From Candidatus Eiseniibacteriota bacterium (GTDB lineage Bacteria > Eisenbacteria > RBG-16-71-46), in contig CAVUWA010000005.1 of NCBI GenBank assembly GCA_963744995.1, positions 288,001-352,000 on the forward strand: a stretch of DNA of 64,000 nucleotides, written 5' to 3'. Position 1 is the first letter of the stretch; every line of letters begins with the position of its first letter. Under the pieces are notes generated by a model that worked only from the letters and a program-made list of their open reading frames with translations, had not been told where the DNA came from and did no database searches. Positions 57,283 to 64,000 of the stretch are shown piece by piece. Position numbers and translations under genes: made by a program.

Positions 57283-57585
57283 ATGCGCAAGGATCTCAGC
57301 CCCCGCCGCATCCTGGTCGCCCGGGTGATCGCGGTGGTGGCCGATGCCGTGCAGATCGGCCTCATGCCGCTGTTCGCCTCGGGGGCGGTCTCGCCATTCA
57401 ACGACGTGCTCGATGTAGCGGTCGCCGTGGTGATGATCCGGTTGCTCGGCTGGCATCCGGCGTTTCTTCCCACGCTGATCGCCGAACTCATCCCGCTCGT
57501 CGACGTCTTTCCCTCCTGGACCATCGCCGTCCTGTTCGCGACGCGTAAGCGGGTCGGCTCGAGCGCCGAGGTCATCGAGGACTGA
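57283..57585 (+). CDS. Small hypothetical membrane protein
   Basis: Hydrophobic 100-aa ORF (AVVADAVQI...AELIPLVDVFPSWT) with high-GC3 codon pattern. Confidence 0.65.
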   Translation: MRKDLSPRRILVARVIAVVADAVQIGLMPLFASGAVSPFNDVLDVAVAVVMIRLLGWHPAFLPTLIAELIPLVDVFPSWTIAVLFATRKRVGSSAEVIED

Positions 57586-57617
57586 GGCGCGCACGGGGCC
57601 ACCCCCGCCCGCGCACG

Positions 57618-57649
57618 AAAAAGGGCGCACGGCCTGCGCCGCGCGCCCT
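57618..57649 (-). terminator. Intrinsic terminator of the peptide transporter gene
   Basis: Minus strand AGGGCGCGCGGC-GCAG-GCCGTGCGCCCT followed by TTTT. Confidence 0.75.
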
Positions 57650-57670
57650 CGAACCGTCAACCCGCGCGAC

Positions 57671-59089
57671 TCAGTGGGCCCCGCCCTCCAGCTTGTCGTG
57701 CTTTGCGACGATCTTCTCGAGCGGCCGCCCGATCACGAACATCAGCGCACCGGCGCCGACCCCGAGCAGCGTGAGCACGAAGAAGAACTGCTCACGCGGC
57801 CACACGGTCCAGAACGTGCCGAGATAGCCCGACAGGTAGTTGCCGAAGAAGCTCGCCAGGAACCACACGCCCATCATCATGGACACCATGCGCGCCGGCG
57901 CCACCTTGCTGATGAACGACAGCCCGATCGGAGACAGATAGAGCTCGCCGATCGTGAGCACCCCGGTGGTGCTGACGAGCCACATCACGTTGCGGCGCAT
58001 GTCGGGCGTGAGCCCCTGCGACGCCACGATCATGATGATGTACGACAACCCGAGCAGCCCGCAGCCCATGGCCATCTTGAGCAGGCTCGACGGCTCCTTG
58101 CCGCGTTTCGCCTGCCAGCTCCAGAACATGCTGAGCAGCGGCGCGAAGATGAAGATCATCAACGGATTGAACGCCTGGAACCACGTGGAGGGCAGCGTGA
58201 CCCCGAATACGTTCCAGTTGGTGTTCTGATCCGCCCAGAGCTGCATCGTATTCCCCTGCTGCTCGTACACGGCCCAGAACACGACGCTCAGCGCGACGAC
58301 CGCGATGATCGCCATGATCCGCAGCCACTCCTCGCGGGTGAGCGGCTCCTTGATCTTCTCCTTCGCGGCCGCCTGGGCGGCGCGGCGCTGGGTCAGCACG
58401 TCGGGCGCCAGGTGCTTCTGTCCCCACAGATAGAGCGTGAGGCCGAGCAGCATGCCGACGCCGGCGGCGCCGAAGCCCCAGTGCCAGCCGACCGTCTGAC
58501 CGAGCGTGCCGCACACCAGCGGCGAGAGGAACGCGCCGAGGTTGATGCCCATGTAGAAGATGGTGAAGGCGCTGTCGCGGCGCGGATCGCCTTCGGGATA
58601 GAGCAGCCCGACCTGGGTCGAGATGTTCGGCTTGAACGCGCCGTTGCCGAGGATCAGGAACATCAGCGCGACGAAGAACATGCCCTCGACGGCCATCAGG
58701 AAATGGCCGATCGCCATCAGGATGCCGCCGATGACCACGGTCTTGCGCTGGCCCAGCACGCGGTCGGCGAGCATGCCGCCGAAGAAGGGCGTGAAGTACA
58801 CGAACCCGGTGTAGAGCCCGTAGATCTGCGACGACAGCGGCTGGATCGCCAGCGGCCCGAACACCGACTCGAGCGCGCCCTTGATGGCCACGAATCCGAG
58901 GACCTTCTGGCCGACATCCGGCTGGATGAACAGGTAGTTCACCATGTACAGGACGAGCAGCGAACGCATCCCGTAGTAGGAGAACCGCTCCCACATCTCG
59001 GTGAAGAACAGGATGTACAGGCCCTTGGGGTGGCCGAACAGACCGCCCTTGACGGGCTGCGTGGCCGTGCCGGCGGCGGCGGTCGCCAT
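57671..59089 (-). CDS. Proton-dependent oligopeptide (POT/PTR) MFS transporter
   Basis: GHPKGL, EMWERFSYYG, FKPNIS, FYMGINLG, GELYLSPIG motifs. Confidence 0.93.
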   Translation of the reverse strand: MATAAAGTATQPVKGGLFGHPKGLYILFFTEMWERFSYYGMRSLLVLYMVNYLFIQPDVGQKVLGFVAIKGALESVFGPLAIQPLSSQIYGLYTGFVYFTPFFGGMLADRVLGQRKTVVIGGILMAIGHFLMAVEGMFFVALMFLILGNGAFKPNISTQVGLLYPEGDPRRDSAFTIFYMGINLGAFLSPLVCGTLGQTVGWHWGFGAAGVGMLLGLTLYLWGQKHLAPDVLTQRRAAQAAAKEKIKEPLTREEWLRIMAIIAVVALSVVFWAVYEQQGNTMQLWADQNTNWNVFGVTLPSTWFQAFNPLMIFIFAPLLSMFWSWQAKRGKEPSSLLKMAMGCGLLGLSYIIMIVASQGLTPDMRRNVMWLVSTTGVLTIGELYLSPIGLSFISKVAPARMVSMMMGVWFLASFFGNYLSGYLGTFWTVWPREQFFFVLTLLGVGAGALMFVIGRPLEKIVAKHDKLEGGAH

Positions 59090-59249
59090 GCGCATCTCCT
59101 CCTCGGGTAAGCAGGTGGGCGGATCGAATCAGCGCAGGCTACGGGAATATGCGGGCGCCGCCAAGAGCGAAACGCAGTGCACGGGCCGCGCGCGACGCAA
59201 CTGCCGCACCGGTCGCCGTGAATCCTGCGGCCGTCACGGGGAGGGCCGG

Positions 59250-59277
59250 TTGAGCAAGTCGTCGTGACGTGTACTAT
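59250..59277 (+). promoter_or_regulatory. Putative sigma70 promoter of the CN-hydrolase/GNAT pair
   Basis: TTGAGC-16nt-TACTAT. Confidence 0.45.
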
Positions 59278-59333
59278 GGGGACGAGACGCCGGCCGCGCC
59301 CGCGGCCCCCAGGGACCCGCTTCCGGAGACCGC

Positions 59334-60221
59334 ATGGATCGCATTCGCGTCGCTTCGCTCCAGTACTTCGTCCGCCCGGTCCGGGCCTTCGAACAGTTCG
59401 CCGACCAGGTCACCGCGCTCGTCGAGACCGCGCGCGACTACAAGTGCGCGCTGGTCGTGTTCCCCGAGTACTTCACGGTGCAGCTGCTGACGCTCGGCAA
59501 CGTGAAACGGCCGATCACCGAGCAGATCCACGACCTGGCGGGCCAGGTGCCGCGCTACGTCGAGCTGATGTCGAAGCTCGCGAAGCAGCACGGCATGTAC
59601 ATCGTCGGCGGCACGATCCCGGTGATCGACGCCGGTGCGAACAACGTCTACAACGACAGTTACCTGTTCGCGCCCTCCGGCGCGCACGGGGTCCAGGGCA
59701 AGCTGCACATGACCCGCTTCGAGAACGAGGAGTGGTTCGTGTCCCCGCGCAGCGGGCTCAAGATCTTCGAGACCTCGTTCGGACGGATGTCGATCCAGAT
59801 CTGCTACGACGTCGAGTTTCCGGAGCTCGCGCGGGTCGCCGCACGCGAGGGTGCGTACATCCTGATCGTGCCCGCCTGCACCGACGACCGGCAGGGTTTC
59901 CTGCGCGTGCGCTACTGCGCCCATGCCCGCACCATCGAGAACCAGATGTACTGCATCCACTCGCCGATGGTCGGTTCGCTGCCCATGGTGCCGGCGGTAT
60001 CGCTGAACTACGGGCAGGCATCGATCCTCACGCCGAGCGACTTCCCGTTCTCGCGGGACGGCATCCTCGCCGAGGGTGTCGCCAATCAGGAGATGATGGT
60101 GGTCGGCGAGCTGAACCTGCAGACCATCGTCGAGACGCGCCGGAACGGAACCGTGTTGCCGCTGCGCGACAGCCAGCGCACGGTGGAGGTGACGTCGATG
60201 GTCGAAGTGGAGACCCTGTGA
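59334..60221 (+). CDS. Carbon-nitrogen hydrolase (nitrilase superfamily)
   Basis: Catalytic E-K-C motifs: VFPEYF, QGKLH, ICYDVEFPE. Confidence 0.92.
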   Translation: MDRIRVASLQYFVRPVRAFEQFADQVTALVETARDYKCALVVFPEYFTVQLLTLGNVKRPITEQIHDLAGQVPRYVELMSKLAKQHGMYIVGGTIPVIDAGANNVYNDSYLFAPSGAHGVQGKLHMTRFENEEWFVSPRSGLKIFETSFGRMSIQICYDVEFPELARVAAREGAYILIVPACTDDRQGFLRVRYCAHARTIENQMYCIHSPMVGSLPMVPAVSLNYGQASILTPSDFPFSRDGILAEGVANQEMMVVGELNLQTIVETRRNGTVLPLRDSQRTVEVTSMVEVETL

Positions 60222-60910
60222 GCCGGCGCCCGCCCGCGATCGGCGTACGCAACACGCGGCCCGAGGACTTCGCCGCGATCATCGAGTTGTGCCGGCACGT
60301 CTATCCGCACAGCGCGCCGTGGCGCGTGGAGCAGCTGCAGTCGCACCTCGACGTATTTCCCGAGGGTCAGTTCGTCGCCGTGGATCGCGACACGCACGCG
60401 GTGCTCGGGATGGCCGCGAGCCTGATCGTCACCTGGTCCGACTACGAGCTCCGAGGCGACTGGCGCACGTTCACCGATCACGGCATGTTCACGAACCACG
60501 ATTCCTCGGGCCGCACGCTGTACGGTGCCGAAGTGCTCGTGGACCCGGCGGTCCAGCGACGCGGCGTGGGCTCCAAGCTCTACATGGCGCGCTTCGAGCT
60601 CACGCGCCGGCTCGGCCTGCTGCGTATCCGCGCCGCGGCGCGGCTGCGTGGCTACGGCCGCCACGCCCACCGGATGAGCGCCGTGGACTATGTCATCAAG
60701 GTGGTGCGCGGCGAGCTCAAGGACCCGACGCTGTCCTTCCAGCTGCGCCACGGCTTCGAGGTGCTGGCGGTGGTCGCCGACTACCTCATGCACGACGAGG
60801 AGAGCCGCAATTACGCCGCGGTGATCGAGTGGGTGAACCCCGAACTCGCGAAGCCCGAGGACGTGCGCGGCCGCGACCCGCGTTTCGCGCGACCGGCGCC
60901 GCCCGCGTAA
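60218..60910 (+). CDS. GNAT family N-acetyltransferase
   Basis: GTGA overlap; FPEGQFVA, LYGAEVLVDP..QRRGVGSKLY, DPTLSFQL motifs. Confidence 0.88.
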   Translation: MSRRPPAIGVRNTRPEDFAAIIELCRHVYPHSAPWRVEQLQSHLDVFPEGQFVAVDRDTHAVLGMAASLIVTWSDYELRGDWRTFTDHGMFTNHDSSGRTLYGAEVLVDPAVQRRGVGSKLYMARFELTRRLGLLRIRAAARLRGYGRHAHRMSAVDYVIKVVRGELKDPTLSFQLRHGFEVLAVVADYLMHDEESRNYAAVIEWVNPELAKPEDVRGRDPRFARPAPPA

Positions 60911-60940
60911 CCGCACCCCGGCGCCACGCGGAGCCGGGGC

Positions 60941-62153
60941 TCACTCCGGCCGCGGCCGCCTGAGGCGTGCGAGCAGCGGCAGCCCGAGGAGCGAGGCGCC
61001 GGCCATGGCGATGAAGGCGGGCGGATAACCGAACGCGGCGATCAGCCGCCCGACGGCGAACCCGGCCCACGACTCGCAGGCGTTGGTCGCCGCCATGTAG
61101 GTGGTGAACTGCGTCGCGCCGAGCTCGCGGCGGGTGTGGTCCATGAACAGGGCGTACGAACCCGCGGTGAACAGACCGATCAGCAGGTAGAGCACGGCGA
61201 GCGTCGCCATGCCGACGCCGCGCGGCAAACCATGGCCCGCGGCCAGCAGGACGGTCACTACGGCCATCGCGACCAGCACCGAGCCCACGACCCGTGCGCG
61301 GCCGTGGCGGTCGGACAGCCGGCCGCCGTAGAGCGCGCCGGCCACCATCGCTGCCACCACCGGCAGCGCGAGGAAGGTACCGACCTGACTCTGGCTGAAT
61401 CCGCGGTCGATAAGGTACGGCCCGGCGACCGCGCCCACGGCCTCGAACGCGGCGCCCGATACCAGCGCGAAGGCGAGCGCCGCCCAGGTGGTCGAGTCAC
61501 GCAACGCCGCCCACCAGCGTGCGGGCGAACCCCGCCGACTCGCGTTCGATCATGGCGGGCGTTTCGCGTGCGAAGCTCACCACCCCGAGCGAGGCCCAGA
61601 TCGTGCCGATCAGCGCCGCGATCACCACGCCGGAGCCGACCCACTGATCGACCACCAGCGCCACGCCGCCGAACAGCGAGCGGCCGAGCAGCATTCCGGC
61701 CTGCATCCAGCCGTTGATGCCGCCACGCTCACCGGGACGGGTGGTGGCGATCGCCAGGGCGTCGATCGCGACGTCCTGGGTCGAGGCGGCGAACGCGTGC
61801 ACGAGCAGCAGCGCCGAGAACAGCGGGAAGTCGGCTTGGAGGTCGAGCCAGAACAGCGGCACCAGCGCGAGCCCCATCACCACCTGCGCCGCGATGATCC
61901 AGTGACGGAACGTCCAGCGCGCGCCGCGCACCGTGTCGATCAGCGGCGCCCACAGGAATTTGAACGTCCACGGCAGCACCAGCATGGCGGTGAGCGCCGT
62001 GATCCGCTCGATGGGCACGTCGGCGGCACGCAGCCGGGTCGGCAGATGCCACCAGATGTACCCGATGGGCGCGCCCTCGCTCAGGTACAGCAGCGCGAAC
62101 AGGAGGCGTCTGCCCCTCTGCGTTTCGAGCGGATTCCAGCGGCCGGCCGGCAT
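60941..62153 (-). CDS. AmpG-like MFS transporter, split by one frameshift near 61510
   Basis: LYLSEGAP, PWTFKFLWAPLID, ASTQDVAIDA, then ATQFTTYMA in the second ORF; removing one G at 61510-61512 fuses the two. Confidence 0.85.
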
Positions 62154-62261
62154 CCGGCGAGGCTACCCCATTGCGTCGTCCGCCGCGGGAGCGGCGACGC
62201 AACCCCGGAACTCGATCCTCCGTAGGGTCAGAGTACCCGTCCCCCGAAGGGAGGTTCACGC

Positions 62262-63992
62262 ATGCCCGTTCGTCGTCTCCTGCCGGTGCTGGCCGCCGCG
62301 CTTCTCACCCTCTCCGTCCCGGCGCACGCGCAGAATCCGGCCCTGGACGCCCCCGCCAGATCGCTCGACGCCGGCCAGTGGCGCACCGACCTCGACAGCC
62401 TGATGAGCGACCTCGCGCGGGTCCACCCGGATCCGTTCCTGCGCTCGGGCAAGGCGCCGTTCGACTCCGCCGTCGCCGCGCTCGATGCGCGGATCCCGAA
62501 GATGAGCGAGCGTGAGGTCGCGACCGCCTTCATGCAGGTCACCGCCCTCGTCCAGGACGGCCACACCGGTGCCATCGCGATGCTGCCGCAGTTCGGCTTC
62601 CGCACGTTCTTTCCCGTTCGCCTGACGGTCGAGGACGGCGCACTCTACGTCGTCTCGGCGGCCTCGAAGTACCGCGCGGTGGTGGGCGGCCGGGTCACGG
62701 CGCTCGGGCGGCTGCCGGCGCAGGCCGCGCTCGCGCGGGTGCTCACGGTGTGCAGCGGCGACAACTACTTCTCGCGCATCGACCGCGCGCCGATCTTCAT
62801 GATGTCACCCGGCGTGATGGCGGCGCTCGGCGTCACCCCGACCGGAGGGCCGCTGCACCTGGAAGTCGAAACGCCGGCCGCGGGCCGTGCGAAGCCCGGG
62901 CATGCCGGCGCCGACGTCGTGGCCGTCGAGCCCGCGGCAGGCCGCTATCCGGCCTTCTTCCAGGATCCGGAAGGGTTGCCGGTGGCGGACGGCGTGGCGT
63001 TCCGCGACGGCGCACCGGGCGAGACCCCGCTCCACCTGAGGGATCCGGAGCGTGCCTGGTGGTTCGTCCCGGTGCCCGACCTGGACCTGGTCTACTTCCA
63101 GTTCCGTCGGGTGGACCGCGAGGACCGGGGCCGCACCTTCGCGAGTTTCGTGGACAGCCTGTTCCAGTGGGTCGACTCGAGCGGCGTTCGGAACATGGTG
63201 ATCGACCTCCGCCACAACGGCGGCGGCGACAACTCGATCCTGCAGCCGCTGATCCACGGTCTCATCAAGCGCGACGACGGCGTCAACCGCGAGGGCCATC
63301 TCTACACGATCATCGGGCGCGAAACGTTCTCGGCGGCGATGAACTGCGCCAACTGGCTGGAGGAGCATACCCACACGCGCTTCGTCGGCGAGCCCACCGG
63401 CGCGCGCCCGAACAGCTTCGGCGACGCCACGACCGTGCGGCTGCCGAACAGCGGCATGCCGGTGCGGATCTCGCGTTACCGCTGGGCGGCGCGCTGGCCG
63501 TGGGACGACCGCCTGTGGATCGCGCCCGACCTGCCGGCGCCGCCGTCGATCGCGCTGGCGCGGCAGAACCGCGACCCGGCCATGGAGGCGATCGCCGAAG
63601 AGATCGCCGAAAAGCCGATGCTCGTTCGCCTGAGAGCCGCGCTGGAAGCGGACCGGGTGGACGAGGCGCGGAAGATCTACTTCGACGACAAACGACGCCA
63701 CCCCGACCGCTGGGGTCATACTTCGATCGACGAGACCACCGCCCTGGCGCGTGCGCTGTTCGCGGCCGGACATCCCGCCTCTGCTTTCGCGCTGGCGACC
63801 TTCAATACCGAGATCTATCCCGACTCCGCCGAGGTCTGGACCACCCTCGGCGCCGGCTACGTGATGGCCGGGAAGAAGGAAGCGGCCATCGCACCGCTCC
63901 AGAAGGCGCTGCAGCTCGACCCGGGCAACGAAGCGGCGCGGCGCTGGCTCGAACGCGCGGGGGGCCCGGCCGCGAAGACGGCCGGGCACTGA
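62262..63992 (+). CDS. Secreted S41-peptidase-like protein with C-terminal TPR
   Basis: Signal peptide; DGHT, IDLRHNGGG, TFSAA, VGEPTG; TPR WTTLGAGY...ALQLDPGN. Confidence 0.8.
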   Translation: MPVRRLLPVLAAALLTLSVPAHAQNPALDAPARSLDAGQWRTDLDSLMSDLARVHPDPFLRSGKAPFDSAVAALDARIPKMSEREVATAFMQVTALVQDGHTGAIAMLPQFGFRTFFPVRLTVEDGALYVVSAASKYRAVVGGRVTALGRLPAQAALARVLTVCSGDNYFSRIDRAPIFMMSPGVMAALGVTPTGGPLHLEVETPAAGRAKPGHAGADVVAVEPAAGRYPAFFQDPEGLPVADGVAFRDGAPGETPLHLRDPERAWWFVPVPDLDLVYFQFRRVDREDRGRTFASFVDSLFQWVDSSGVRNMVIDLRHNGGGDNSILQPLIHGLIKRDDGVNREGHLYTIIGRETFSAAMNCANWLEEHTHTRFVGEPTGARPNSFGDATTVRLPNSGMPVRISRYRWAARWPWDDRLWIAPDLPAPPSIALARQNRDPAMEAIAEEIAEKPMLVRLRAALEADRVDEARKIYFDDKRRHPDRWGHTSIDETTALARALFAAGHPASAFALATFNTEIYPDSAEVWTTLGAGYVMAGKKEAAIAPLQKALQLDPGNEAARRWLERAGGPAAKTAGH

Positions 63993-64000
63993 CCGCAGAC

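Overview
High-GC bacterial chromosomal window. Three proteins carry FlgD/T9SS-type C-terminal sorting domains, which suggests an FCB-related lineage such as Eisenbacteria or Latescibacterota (inference). I saw no rRNA, tRNA, CRISPR array or transposase. Contents in order: ECF sigma factor plus Ser/Thr kinase pair; SQR-like flavoprotein; amidohydrolase/ATP-grasp/GT2/DegT/MaoC cluster; selenocysteine (UGA + SECIS) formate dehydrogenase whose proximal [4Fe-4S] domain sits at the C-terminus of a downstream NuoE-NuoF-NuoG-like fusion; a ~4300-aa secreted mosaic protein with a secreted partner; M20 peptidase, speA, NYN-LOTUS protein; polyphosphate locus (sixA-like, two atypical thymidylate-kinase-fold paralogs, CHAD, ppx, ppk2); DEAD-box helicase, PRC-barrel, rhodanese, tal, cytochrome P460-like lipoprotein, YihY; TM0106 nuclease-helicase; metal-uptake operon led by a leaderless His/CxxC uORF ending in RAPP with an anti-SD just after its stop; POT transporter, CN-hydrolase + GNAT, AmpG-like MFS, S41/TPR protein. 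Several genes, mostly at 50-62 kb, have single-base frameshifts that look like long-read errors. All product calls come from motif recognition only; no searches were run.
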